From: Naegleria gruberi
Lineage: Eukaryota
Assembly (NCBI GenBank): GCA_000004985.1
Contig: GG738903.1
DNA length: 64,000 bases
Direction: 5' to 3' (one strand)
Shown: piece after piece, positions 21,810 through 33,466 of the stretch
How the letters are laid out: the number at the start of each line of letters is the position of its first letter
How positions within the stretch are numbered: the first letter of the stretch is position 1
The notes under the pieces: model-generated
The model's database searches: none
Told to the model about the DNA's origin: nothing
Seen by the model: the letters and a program-made list of their open reading frames with translations, nothing else
Position numbers and translations under genes: made by a program

Positions 21810-23207
21810 TTAATCATTGAGAGGAATATCAACAAAGATATCTTCATATTGTATATTATCGATTTTCGTCGTAGTAGTTTGATGATGATCAGTAGCAGTA
21901 CTCATAGTGGTATTACTGTCATTACTTTTCTTACTGTCATTACAATTGGTTGGAGCACGCAACTGATCAGTTGCAATCGCCTCCTGAGGCCCAAAGGAGC
22001 TAGTAATGTTGAAGGGTGAGTAAATGGGCTGCTTGTTTGTTGCTGTATACTTGATCATCATCATGGAAGATATTTCGCTGGCTTTTCTAAATGCCTTTGA
22101 ATCAATATTGAAAGAGTTTGAAGTTTTTTGATTGGTGAGTTGAATTTCACTGGTTTGACATGAGGATTGAGTATTATCCCCATGTGGCTTCTTCTTACCT
22201 TCCAATTTTAATTCATAATGAAAGTAATCCATAGGTCCAAAACTGAAACTCACACAAATGGCAAATAACAGAAACACAAATCTATGAATGACACCAGTCA
22301 ATATGAACAAGTATGGATACCATATACCAATAGCTCCCAAAATAATTGAGATTGAATTAATAATTGCCATGTAGAATTGACCAAATGTTAAGAGTACCAA
22401 CTTTTTACATGCATTTCTGCGAGGGATTGGGACTGGCCTGTTTTGGAGAAGGTATCTTGAGAGTAGAAGAACCAAAGTTAAATTTAACACTCCTGTAATG
22501 ATGGCACATCCAGAGTTTACAAGACCAACAATGGCCACAGAAATAATTGACCAAATGCCAAGAATACTTCCAACTCGTGTATTTCCTCCATCCATATAAT
22601 ATACCATTGAACAGATCAGAGTGAATGGAACGAGAATAATGAATGCAATAGTCCAAATTAATGTCATTCCAATTGTGTAATATTTTGTAAATATTCTAAA
22701 CTTTTCATTGAATGAATAGCTTTCTGCTCCCTTCCTCATCCATGAATGAGATTGATGAAAGTAAATTCCATACAATACTTTTGAAACCATTGCTTGAAAA
22801 TAGGTACACATTACAACAGTTGACACGAGTCCACAATAATAAATAACGAAAAATAATTGACTCAAAAATTCCTGAATATGAGTCAGTGCTCCAACATCGT
22901 GAGCTATTCCAACTCCCTGTGAGAGAATTTGCAAGATGGCTGTAAATATTAAGGAAATGTAAAAGAATCTCTTGAAGGGAATCATTTCCTTCCATCGTTT
23001 GATGAGGAGAGTGGTCATTATAATGGTCAGTATCAGATAACTCAGTATTCCAATTCCATGAGTAGTAACAGAAATGTAGTATCGTTCTATTGCAGAAGTA
23101 AAAGTTGATGATGAAATATTGTATTGATGGAAAACTATTCCTGGATTCAATGAGCCATGCTGATGCTGGTCAACAATAGAAACAGTCATCTCACGATTAT
23201 TATTCAT
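21810..23207 (-). CDS. Lineage-specific 7TM receptor-like protein, array member 4, with long C-terminal tail
   Basis: 465 codons, 7 TM. Motifs WMRKGAESYSF, RRNACKKLVLLTFGQFYMAI, SFSFGPMDYF. Confidence 0.75.
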   Translation of the reverse strand: MNNNREMTVSIVDQHQHGSLNPGIVFHQYNISSSTFTSAIERYYISVTTHGIGILSYLILTIIMTTLLIKRWKEMIPFKRFFYISLIFTAILQILSQGVGIAHDVGALTHIQEFLSQLFFVIYYCGLVSTVVMCTYFQAMVSKVLYGIYFHQSHSWMRKGAESYSFNEKFRIFTKYYTIGMTLIWTIAFIILVPFTLICSMVYYMDGGNTRVGSILGIWSIISVAIVGLVNSGCAIITGVLNLTLVLLLSRYLLQNRPVPIPRRNACKKLVLLTFGQFYMAIINSISIILGAIGIWYPYLFILTGVIHRFVFLLFAICVSFSFGPMDYFHYELKLEGKKKPHGDNTQSSCQTSEIQLTNQKTSNSFNIDSKAFRKASEISSMMMIKYTATNKQPIYSPFNITSSFGPQEAIATDQLRAPTNCNDSKKSNDSNTTMSTATDHHQTTTTKIDNIQYEDIFVDIPLND

Positions 23208-23349
23208 AGATATTTGTCAATGAGGTATTTGTTTTGAATAGTATTATCTCTCCGCTCTCAATGATATGCAACAAATCTTACAAGACAGGCATTGATGTGT
23301 AGTAACTTAATCTTACAATAGAAATTCGAAAGGGTGACCTTACCTTTAT

Positions 23350-25206
23350 TTAATCACTGAAAGAACCTTCTTCATCAGAAATGGTAGCTTCTTGATTTTC
23401 TTCATTTTGAGATGTTGGTGATTGAGCATCTGAGTTATCCTCACGAATGATATCGTTCCATGTATGTTCCTCCTCTTCTTCACTTGAAGAGTCAACACTG
23501 CTCAATTCCATTCCATCATCAACATAATCCTCATCATTACGATCATTCTCCTCTGTCATTTCCTCATCCGAATCCATTCCCATTTCTCGCATTAATATTC
23601 TTCTCTGAATGTCAGCCAAAAATTGATTAGCTGTTTCAATTCTATTTCTCAATGAAGTCAGTTTCTCAACGAGTCCTGACATTTTCTCTTCATCAGTGTA
23701 GGTCATTTCAGAATCATATAAATGATGGGCGAAACTTTCTGAATCATCGAAATATCTACTAATATCATCAAGTGATTTGGAAATATCATATCGAAAAGGT
23801 TCACTTCCAAAATTACATTTTGCTTTCATATTCTTCCAAAATCCAAGTCCAAAACGCATATCTTCTTTGAGAGTATGGAGAATAACTGGAGAGGTTAAAA
23901 AGGTGCCATTCAATGTAAAGAATACAGCCTTGTGATGTGAAGAAAATCCACATCCCAACACATCTCCAACAATAATTTCCTTTCCATCAGTGTTAACTTT
24001 GAATTTCGAGCTTCCTTCCTCAAGGAAAAATCCTGCATCATCAGTGTGAAAACCTGTTGATAAATCATCCCACCCAACTTGTCTATTTCCCAAATATCTG
24101 TTATGCATAATACCAATAGAGTTTCTACCATCCTTTACCTTCTTCTTGGTGGCCATCATCTTCTTCCAGAATGAATTTCCAGAACTAGATGAAGTACTAG
24201 ACAAGGGAGTAATCGGAGTTACTGGTTCAGGTTTCTCCAAGACAAAAGTTTCAACTTCGAAATAATAGATAGGAACTAAATACTCGAGAAGATAATTTGA
24301 TGAAAGTTGTTTTTCTATTGTTGTTGTTGTTGAAGAGGATGATGATACCAATGTTGATATTGATGTTGTTAGTGGAGCAACTTGTATTGGTTCTACCAAT
24401 GTTGTTGTTGATGAAGAAGCTTGAGGTTGAGCATCCACTTCAGTTGAAGAAATCTTCTTCTTTGGTGGCTTGTAAGGTAGATTAGGAATACGTTTGTCTG
24501 TTCTCAAGTTAATATCATAGGAAAAGGCACGAAACGTATCAGAATTTCCCTTACTATAGATTAACAAGTTTGTATCTTTGGAATCCCTAGATATGAGATC
24601 TCTCAAATGAAATTCTCTATCGGTATCCTCGGAAGGAGTGATAAATGTTGTTGGGAAGTAATCGGGAATTATGTACAATAATCTTTTCAAAATATATACA
24701 TCATCAGATAATAGCAATGACAATGATGAATCATCAGTAGGGAATGGTGATGACTTTTCATGAGGTCCATCATCCTCTTCTTCTTCACTGCTCATTATTT
24801 GGCTCTGTTTTTCACTCTTCAATTTACACAAATATTTACAATTATTTACATAGGATGACAGAACGGAAGAATGTAATTTGCTTTCCTTCAGGACAATATC
24901 ATACCAAATTGATGTCTTGTTGCTCATGTTTTTCCATTTGTTACAAACAAGCGGAATGGTCATGATTGCTTCTCTATATTCTACAAAGGGTAAAACGCAA
25001 TGCTCAATTACATCATCCGTAATTAATCCAAAACTTCCATCATATTTGATGAGAGAAGATTCATCATTGTTATTATTATTATTATCATTTTGTTGTTGGA
25101 GAGTGGTTAATGATGCTACTCCGGTCGTGATGTTGTTAATTTGTTGGTCATCATGAAATGATGAAAGCTTAACGGACGGTTTGTCCCATTGTAGCTCATC
25201 TTCCAT
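23350..25206 (-). CDS. F-box / SPRY (B30.2) domain protein with acidic C-terminus
   Basis: AAAAATGG start at 25206 (MEDELQW). F-box-like LITDDVIEHCVLPFVEYREAIMTIPLVCNKWKNM. SPRY signature GWDDLSTGFHTDDAGFF...GDVLGCGFSSHHKAVFFTLNGTFL. Asp/Glu-rich tail. Confidence 0.7.
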   Translation of the reverse strand: MEDELQWDKPSVKLSSFHDDQQINNITTGVASLTTLQQQNDNNNNNNDESSLIKYDGSFGLITDDVIEHCVLPFVEYREAIMTIPLVCNKWKNMSNKTSIWYDIVLKESKLHSSVLSSYVNNCKYLCKLKSEKQSQIMSSEEEEDDGPHEKSSPFPTDDSSLSLLLSDDVYILKRLLYIIPDYFPTTFITPSEDTDREFHLRDLISRDSKDTNLLIYSKGNSDTFRAFSYDINLRTDKRIPNLPYKPPKKKISSTEVDAQPQASSSTTTLVEPIQVAPLTTSISTLVSSSSSTTTTIEKQLSSNYLLEYLVPIYYFEVETFVLEKPEPVTPITPLSSTSSSSGNSFWKKMMATKKKVKDGRNSIGIMHNRYLGNRQVGWDDLSTGFHTDDAGFFLEEGSSKFKVNTDGKEIIVGDVLGCGFSSHHKAVFFTLNGTFLTSPVILHTLKEDMRFGLGFWKNMKAKCNFGSEPFRYDISKSLDDISRYFDDSESFAHHLYDSEMTYTDEEKMSGLVEKLTSLRNRIETANQFLADIQRRILMREMGMDSDEEMTEENDRNDEDYVDDGMELSSVDSSSEEEEEHTWNDIIREDNSDAQSPTSQNEENQEATISDEEGSFSD

Positions 25207-26102
25207 TTTTTTACTTTTTGATTTTTTATTAAAAATTAATTTTATTTTCAATTTAATTTGAGATTTCGTTTTTTGTTTTGTGATCATCCTAAACTTTGCT
25301 AATTATTGAACAATTTCAATAACAAATCCTTTCAAAAAATAGTGAATTATCATAATAGACTTAGCATTGTATACATTAGTAACTTTAGAAAACTGGTCTT
25401 TTCATCAAAATTTACGAAAATCTCTTAAATTGTCCATCAATCCAAAAAATCTCTATTTCCCATCAACAGTCAGCAAAAAATTAAATCCATCAAAAAAAAA
25501 TGCTTGGAAAGCTAACGAAGAAGGTAACGCCGGTGAAGTTTGCCTTCAATTTCTCTATCGACTACTTGTTCGTTGAGACTATGGGTAACAATACAGTGAT
25601 TCTTGATGATAATTTGTATTCGGTAGGTTTCGAATATAACAGTTTCTAATTGCTTGACTTGTCCGAATCGAAATTCCTTGTTAACAACTGTTGTTATTAT
25701 TGGATTCATATCTCTTTCCATCATCATCATCACCCATTAAAATATGATTGACATATGACTTTCGAATAGATTCAATGGAAAAGAGGTAGAAAACGAAAGG
25801 GTGAAACAGAATTTGTTCATCCACCACCAGGTTCCAAACACACAACCAAAATTAAAGTCATTTACAATCGTGCCTTTAGATTTGGTGGAACACTTTACAA
25901 AAATGAAAAGAAGAATGAATGGCAAAAGAAAGATTTAGTAATTAGTATTGAAGAAGTTGTTGCTGGAAAGGATATTGAACTTGCCAAACAGTATAATCAA
26001 TATTTGCAACAATTGCAACATGGTATGTTCTCAGATTCATTGTTAAGATTGTTAATATTTTAATGTTCCTTTCAATATTTAAATGTTTACAAAAAAAAAT
26101 TA

Positions 26103-29100
26103 ATGAAAAATTTGTTAATGTGGAAAATAGAAAAGGAAAAGGGTTCTAAAAAGAAGGAAGAACCAAAAAAGCCAAATTTTGAAGTGAAAACACTTGCGAA
26201 GCATTCGTTGGATTTGACTGAATTTGTAAACGAAACTCAAGAAACCACAACCACTCGAGAATTACTTCTCACTCCAGAAAATAAGAAATTCAATTCAGGA
26301 CTCAAAATTCTTGTCAAACTCGTGATGAATTGTAAATGTTTGAAAGATGTTCAGGATGATGAAGATTTTGAAAATGTCAGTACATTTTCTGGAACTTATC
26401 GTGAAGGAGAATTGGACGATGATGAGAAATCTGAAGATGAGGATGATTTGGCAGAAGCTGAAAAGACATTTGAAAGTACCATGATTAAGAATAGTAGTTT
26501 ATATTACAATAGTGTTTATGGAAATAATTCAAATTCAACCACCGCTAGTAGCACAACTCAAGCACCACCAACAAGTGGTGCTACCACCTCAACTGTTCAG
26601 AATGTAGTCTCCCAGAGTAGTACTATCAGTAGCAGTAGCAATTCTTCAGCAAGTCAACATGAGACTCCAAGTAGAGAAATGCAAGAAAAGTTGCACTTCC
26701 TCCAAATTGAAAATGAACAATTGAAACAAAATCTGGAAACTTCACAAGAGGCTGCTCAACAAGCAGAATCAAAATTATTTGAAATTCAACTCAAAATGCA
26801 AATGGTTCAATCAAAGGCCGATAAGGAAATCAAAGCAGTTGAAGATAAGATTAAAGAGATTGAAAAGGAAAATGAAGACCATGAAAAGCAGTTGAATTTC
26901 AAACACCAAGATCAAGTCAAACGTTTGGAAAGTGACATTGAAAAGATCAAGAGTGATTTGAGTAAGAAGAATTTGGATCTCCAAAATGATAAGGAAAAAA
27001 CTGAAAAGAATTTGAAAAATGAAATTGAAAGATTGAATCTTGAACTCAAACAATCTAATGAGAGATTCTCTTCAAACTTGAACTCTTCTCAATCCTCTCA
27101 TCAACAAGAAATTCAACGTTTGCAAGGAGAAATTTCCGAATTGAACAAAAAGAAGGACTCTGAAGTGAAAGAACTCCAAAAGCAACTCTCAGAAGTTACT
27201 GCTCTCAAAAAGTCAATTGAAAACAAAAAGTTGGAATTGGAAAATTCTCTCAGTGACATGACTAAAAAGTTCCTCCAAGTTGAGAAGGAAAATAAGGAAA
27301 AGCAACAAGAGCTTTTCAATGCTTCTCAACAATTACAAAAGGAAATTAAGGAAAGAGAGACAATTACTGACAAACTTCAAAATGAAAACAAGCTTCTCAA
27401 TATTGAAATTCAAGAACTCAAGGTGAAACAATCCGAAAATGAAAAGAAGGGAAGTTTGGCCACTTCTGAAAATTCTAAACTTGTCGAAACTTTAAAGAAT
27501 GAAAGAGAAACTCTCAATAATCAACTCACTAAACTTGAGCAAACTCACAAGCAATTAGAAATGGACAAGTCAAATCTCTCCTTCCAAATCACAACTCTTG
27601 AACAAGCATCTCAAGATAAGGAAAAGCAAATTTCCCAACTCAAGCAAGATTTGGAAAAGATCAAACAAGAATCTTCACAACAAATTCAAACAGCTAACAC
27701 CAAGATTGATCATTTGGAAATCGATCTTAATAACCTAAAGGAAAAGGAATCTAAGTTAGAAAAGTCTGTATCCGAACAGACTTTACAAATCAACCAACTC
27801 AAACAAATTGTCACTGAGAAGGAACAATCGCTCCAAGAAAAGGATCAAGAAATTAGAAAGAATGAAAGTCAAATTTCCAATTTGAATCAAGAAATTGATG
27901 ATCTCAATTCCAAGATTAAATCTCTTGAGGAGAAACTTTCTGAAACTGAAAATTCTCTCAGAAAGGAATCTGAAAAGCTCAAATCGACTTCATCAGAATT
28001 GACAGCAAGTTTGATTTCTATCAAGAATCTTGAATCTGAAGTTGAGGAAAAGGAAGACAAGATTACTGAACTTGAAAACCAAATCAGACAATTAGAATCC
28101 AGTTCATCCAATGTTGGAAAGGAAAGTGCTGAAAAGATTAATGAAAGAAATGAGAGAATTCTCGACTTGCAAAATGAGCTTTCAAAGCTCAAGTCACAAA
28201 AGAAAAAGTCTGACAAAAAGATTGAAGAACTTGAAGAGCAAAGCAAATCCTTGCAAGATGAAAATGTTGAATTAACTGATCTTATTGAAAAATGTTCCAA
28301 GCGTATGGATGATAAGGAAAAACAAGTCAAGAAATTGGAAGAATCTCACAAGAAGGCAATCGAAAGTGTCGAACAAAAATGTGCTCAAGAGAAGGTCCTC
28401 GTAGAACGTGAGGTTGAAAAGGTCAAGATTGATCTATTGGCAGTTCAATATGCTACTCTAGAGCAATTCATTTTGGATAGAACTGTTTTGAATAGTGTCA
28501 CCAATGACTTCCTTCCTTTGGAAAATCTTTCCAAGATTTACTTTAAGAACATCATGGTAAAGGACTTTTTATCTGATACCTATCCAACACCAGCCAAGAT
28601 TCTCCTCAAGTGCATTCTTCAATGGAATCCAGACGAAGTCAAGAGTGCCACCGTCGATTCAAAGATTATTCTCGGCACTACTTTCTGCACCAATCTCAAT
28701 ATTGCTCTGAAATATCTCGTTGAAAAATTCAAGACCACTAGACACAAGGTCAATATCTATGCAGCTGGTGCAAGCGAATCTGGAGAAATTGAAAACTCTA
28801 CCAGTCTCATTCTCTTCTGGATTCATACCTTGTACAGATTATTGCACGATTTGGAGCTCAAGAAGAAGGATCTCAAATTACCAACTACATTCTCTGAAGT
28901 TATTGCCAAGAGCTTTAAATTGGATGCAGCTCTCTTGTGTGGCGATGAAACTCAAGTTCCTAAATTTGCCACTCCTCCATACTTTGTCAAGTATAATGAA
29001 ATGGAGAAAGTGGATGAGACTTTTACTGTCAAGAGTCTTCAACAATTGGTTGGTAGCATTTCAGAAATTATGGCACAAATGTACACTGAACTATTTAGAC

Positions 29101-30356
29101 ACATTGCTGTGAGATTGAGACCTTTCCTCATCAAGGCCATTTTCAATACCAAATTGACCAGTTCTAAATCAACTGATGGTGGTTTGGAAACAAGACAACT
29201 TCATGCCTTCTTAAACAGGGTATTCGATTTATTCAAACAATTACGTATCGAACCAAGAATTACTCAACACTTTTTCGAAAACTTGGCCAAACTCTCTGAT
29301 GCTCTAATTTTCAATCATTTCATTTATAAGGAACAAATTGGAGCTGCCATTGCATTACCTGTCAAGATGGGTCTCGTATTTACTGAAAATTGGTTCAATT
29401 CAAAGAATATTACAGAAACAACCGATCAAGGCACACAATCAATTGCCCTTCATTTGTCTAGAGAGGTCAGTGATGTGTGTATCCTTGCCCAGAGACAAGT
29501 TCTCACTGATGAATCTATGAAAAATATGGTTTGCCCACATCTGAATAAGGCACAATTGACTCACATTTTTGCAAACATTCATGATGAGGAATTCAAAACA
29601 TCACCACCAACCAATGAAGGAAATGTCAGCTCTAGAGTTACTTCACCAAAATCCAATTACACTGCCAGTGATTCTAATCTCTTCCATCAGGATTCTACTT
29701 CCTCTGTTGGTCAATTATTGACACCTAAACGTCCAACTCTTCAATCATCTCTTTCTTCATCAAATGTCAGCACTCCTCCACAAGGATCTCTCTCTGCCAG
29801 AAGAAAATCAGTTCGTGGCTCAATTCCTAATCTTGCCGATCTTGAAGGTAAATCCAATGATCAAATTACAGCCAATCCAGAAATTCAACTCTTCCAATAC
29901 ACAGACAGAGAAAGCTACGGAACTGATCCAACTCTATTCTATGGCTCATTGACTCCACTTGCAGGAATGCTTTCTAGATCTTCATCTCTATCTAAAGGAT
30001 TGGACAAGGATTCACCACGTGTTAAATTGAATAAGGACATTGAAAGTACTCAAATTCAAAAGGAAAATAACTTTTCAATTGTGGATGGAAAATTCCTATT
30101 CTATTTTTCAAGTTTACCAAATGTTGAAGGATCCAAATTGATTATTGAAGAGTGGCTCTTCTCAGTTATTTCAAATTATGGAGGAAAACGTGAGAATGGC
30201 GTTGAAGGTATTGTAAAGGTTACAAAGGAAAGAATCTTTAGTTCAGTTCTTAATGTTTTTGCAAATTCACCTGAACAACCTCCTCAATCCAGTCGTAAAT
30301 CAAAGAAACCAACCTTCTCAATGGAAGACGAACTTGCCTTCCTATTCGATATTTAA
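26103..30356 (+). CDS. Long coiled-coil protein with C-terminal DIL (myosin-V cargo-binding-type) domain
   Basis: 1417 codons. About 700 residues of heptad-repeat sequence (E/K/Q/L-rich) are followed by a globular region with DIL-like blocks: ILLKCILQWNPDEV, LILFWIHTLYRLLHDL, IALHLSREVSDVCILAQRQVLTDESMKNMVCPHLNKAQLTHIFANI. No motor domain in the window. Possible small 5-prime exons at about 25500-25620 and 25770-25990 (GTATGT donor at about 25990); these are unverified. Confidence 0.65.
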   Translation: MKNLLMWKIEKEKGSKKKEEPKKPNFEVKTLAKHSLDLTEFVNETQETTTTRELLLTPENKKFNSGLKILVKLVMNCKCLKDVQDDEDFENVSTFSGTYREGELDDDEKSEDEDDLAEAEKTFESTMIKNSSLYYNSVYGNNSNSTTASSTTQAPPTSGATTSTVQNVVSQSSTISSSSNSSASQHETPSREMQEKLHFLQIENEQLKQNLETSQEAAQQAESKLFEIQLKMQMVQSKADKEIKAVEDKIKEIEKENEDHEKQLNFKHQDQVKRLESDIEKIKSDLSKKNLDLQNDKEKTEKNLKNEIERLNLELKQSNERFSSNLNSSQSSHQQEIQRLQGEISELNKKKDSEVKELQKQLSEVTALKKSIENKKLELENSLSDMTKKFLQVEKENKEKQQELFNASQQLQKEIKERETITDKLQNENKLLNIEIQELKVKQSENEKKGSLATSENSKLVETLKNERETLNNQLTKLEQTHKQLEMDKSNLSFQITTLEQASQDKEKQISQLKQDLEKIKQESSQQIQTANTKIDHLEIDLNNLKEKESKLEKSVSEQTLQINQLKQIVTEKEQSLQEKDQEIRKNESQISNLNQEIDDLNSKIKSLEEKLSETENSLRKESEKLKSTSSELTASLISIKNLESEVEEKEDKITELENQIRQLESSSSNVGKESAEKINERNERILDLQNELSKLKSQKKKSDKKIEELEEQSKSLQDENVELTDLIEKCSKRMDDKEKQVKKLEESHKKAIESVEQKCAQEKVLVEREVEKVKIDLLAVQYATLEQFILDRTVLNSVTNDFLPLENLSKIYFKNIMVKDFLSDTYPTPAKILLKCILQWNPDEVKSATVDSKIILGTTFCTNLNIALKYLVEKFKTTRHKVNIYAAGASESGEIENSTSLILFWIHTLYRLLHDLELKKKDLKLPTTFSEVIAKSFKLDAALLCGDETQVPKFATPPYFVKYNEMEKVDETFTVKSLQQLVGSISEIMAQMYTELFRHIAVRLRPFLIKAIFNTKLTSSKSTDGGLETRQLHAFLNRVFDLFKQLRIEPRITQHFFENLAKLSDALIFNHFIYKEQIGAAIALPVKMGLVFTENWFNSKNITETTDQGTQSIALHLSREVSDVCILAQRQVLTDESMKNMVCPHLNKAQLTHIFANIHDEEFKTSPPTNEGNVSSRVTSPKSNYTASDSNLFHQDSTSSVGQLLTPKRPTLQSSLSSSNVSTPPQGSLSARRKSVRGSIPNLADLEGKSNDQITANPEIQLFQYTDRESYGTDPTLFYGSLTPLAGMLSRSSSLSKGLDKDSPRVKLNKDIESTQIQKENNFSIVDGKFLFYFSSLPNVEGSKLIIEEWLFSVISNYGGKRENGVEGIVKVTKERIFSSVLNVFANSPEQPPQSSRKSKKPTFSMEDELAFLFDI

Positions 30357-30416
30357 ATATTTAAATAAAAATTGTAAAAATTTTTGTAAAATATTTAAAA
30401 AAAATTGCAGAAAAAA

Positions 30417-33293
30417 ATGTTTCGACTCGTAAATGAAGAAACCAACAATGAAAGCAGCGCCGAAACTCCCACCACTCCCATCGTTCCCATTGTTCGGGAT
30501 GGTCTAGAAGTTGATCAAATCCTACAACTGCCCGATGATGACGAAAATTCAAGTCTCGATTTAAAATTATTTTGTAAATTATTTGCATTAGATTATGGAC
30601 AACAGAATTTACTAGAACATGCAGAAAGCAATGAGAAACAAATTAGAAAAATTGAGGAATTTATATTTGAGTTTACGCGTGTTGAATCGGAGGAGGATGG
30701 ATCGTCGTCGTCATCATCTTCTGAAGAAGAAGAGGATGAAGATTCTGATAATGAAAGGAATGATGATGATCGTGATCATTCGGAAGAGAGAAGAGATCAT
30801 TCTGATGATGAAGATGTCATCACAGAGGAACAAATATCAAACGTAATGCAAGAAATTAAGAATGATATTAAAAAAGAGCAAGATAATCGTACTTTAAATC
30901 ATCATCATCATCATCAGGCATCAGCATCATCATCACAAGAGCCTAGCAGTAGTAATAGTACTAATAGTAATGAAGTAAATATTCAAATGATTGATCGAGA
31001 AGATTCCGAAAAGGATCATAATGATGATGATGACGATGACAATGACGAATGTTCAATTTACAAGACAGAACCAACAAGTACCAAGCTTAACATTCTCACA
31101 CTTTCTTCCTTAAATTATTCACCCTATGAACATCCAGATAGATTCGAGGTTAGAAATATCATGTATTTTAGTAATGTAACAAAATGTAAATTATTCAAGG
31201 AGAAGCAATTTATTGGGATTTCGGAAATTATTGATACCTTCTACAAACAGAAGAAGGTTCAATTGCCAAACTTTATAATTTTCCAAATTCTATTTGCAAT
31301 TGTGGAAAAGTTGTATGAAATGAATGAAGCAGGTTTACTTAAGAGAATTCCAAATATTGAACAAGATGAACACTTGTTTTATTTGAATAGAAATAGACAC
31401 GTCGAGAAATACCATGTCATTGAAAGATTATTTTTGGATAATGTTGAAATTTCACCAAAATTTAAGACTGTATTCCACTTTCAAGATCAAGTTGGATATT
31501 CTCAATTTGTTGATGTAAATATTAATGATAATTTTGAAAAGACAATCAAAAATTTAGACATGTACGAGAGTGATATCATATTTTGTTTGGGAATATTCAT
31601 TTTGGAAATAATGTTCTCCACAACAAGTGCACATAGAATGATTTTCAAAATATTATCACAACCATATAATGAACCACTCGTCTGTGAAATGATGTTACAG
31701 GAGAATCGTAACAATTGGTGCATGATTAGAATTATCCTGTCCATGTTGAGAATTAACGAGCCATACAGACTTGTACCGAAACCATTTTATGAAAATCCAA
31801 CAATTGAGGATGTCAACTTTGTGCCCAGAATTACGTTGGAGAATTTAATTGGTATTGAATTGCCACACGTTTGTACAATTTTAGCAGAAGATAGAAAAAT
31901 TTTCGAATACTTTCTTGCCCCAGTGCTTTCCAAGCTCACAATTCCATATCCTTCCCACATGCTCAATAATCCACTTCATCCCTCCTCATACAAGTACATA
32001 GCCACATTGGAAAATGGAAATGTAATTGACCTATACTTTAGCTTCCTAGCTGGTATCGTACTCTATGGTTCTAAAAGTATGCAAGCAGCAGACATGTATT
32101 TGAGACAGTCAGTACTACATCCACCTGTTGAGCATGATAAATATGTCCGTATGATAACAGATCTCTACGATATGTTGGACAATAAGGAGAATGCTGGCAA
32201 GTTGATATCAGAAATTGAAAATATTTGTGAAATGAATTTGAAGTCCATGCACGCTGATATTACTGCTCGCTTTGCAAAGGCAAAAACATCAATTCCATTC
32301 TTTTCCTTTGTATCCTATTCATTCCTTGGAAAGGCACTTGCAGAAATGAAAAAGTATCCACTCTCGCTTTACTATACCGAGTATTCAATGGTCTGCTCCA
32401 AGTTACAACAATCAGCCTCATTGCCACTCTTTAATTCGTCTGCAATTTTCACAAAGGCATACATTGTTCACAAATATGATGTTTTTGATGTTTCAAACAA
32501 ATTATATGAGCAAGTTATTTCAAATTTCAAAGGTCACTCTATGGCTCACAATAATAGAGGAATCTGCTTGAAACGACTCAAAATGAATGAAGAGGCAATC
32601 AAGGCCTATGAAATGAGTTTGAGAATTGATCCTTCCAATCACTTGGCTTATAACAATAGAGCCATGTACTTTTATTCGGATGAGGAACATGAAAATTCAA
32701 TGCTCTATTACAAGATGGCCATTCGTTTGAAACCAACCTATCAGTGAGTATTTATTGATTAGTTTTGATATGAATATTTAATTATAATAATTTATTAATT
32801 ATACAATGTATTAAATAGATTGCCAATTACCAATCTTGGACTCACTCTAACTCAATTGACCAAATATGCAGATGCCATAGAGCTGCTAACTATAGTATTG
32901 GAATGGTCTCCTGCCAATGTGAATGCTCTCATTACAAGAGGATTCTGTTATATGAGGAGAACTGATTTTGAGGAAGCCCTCGCTGACTATAACAAACTTG
33001 TTAACGAGCTTGAATCAGAAGAACGAAGCACCCTCTTCAATATGGCACTCTGCTACTATCATACCAGCAGATTAAGAGAGGCCATCTATTATGCAAGTAA
33101 GATTATCTCTAAAAATCCAAACGATGACAGAGCAAGATATTACAGAGCTCTCTTTTACGAAAAATATGAGAAATTTGAGGAATCCTTTGAAGATGTCAAT
33201 ATTTTCCTTCAACTCTCTCCAGCCAATACTGCTGGAACCATCTTGAGAGATAGACTTTTGGTAATTATCAAGAAAATCACTCGTGTTTGTTAA
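30417..33293 (+). CDS. Acidic-region / pseudokinase-like / TPR-repeat protein, two exons
   Basis: ATG at about 30417 (MFRLVNEE). Intron about 32744-32818: GTGAGT donor overlapping the apparent stop, AAATAG acceptor, and the frame continues into the track ORF 32820-33293. TPR repeats span the junction. The central region has a kinase-like spacing (IIFQILFAIVEKLYEMNEAG, FQDQVGYSQFVD, SDIIFCLGIFILEIMFS) but lacks HRD and DFG catalytic residues. Exact coordinates near 30400 may be off by 1. Confidence 0.65.
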
Positions 33294-33466
33294 CAAGATT
33301 CAACATTTTGATTTCCAATAAAAAACCCAAAGTCACACAACTTGCAAAGATCATTAAGGGATGGTGTTGTATTTTTACCTTCCCTTGGAAATGCAGATTC
33401 ATATTTTGAAGGGTCAATTATTAGTTTGATGTTTATTCAATGATTATACCATGGTCTTCACAATAT

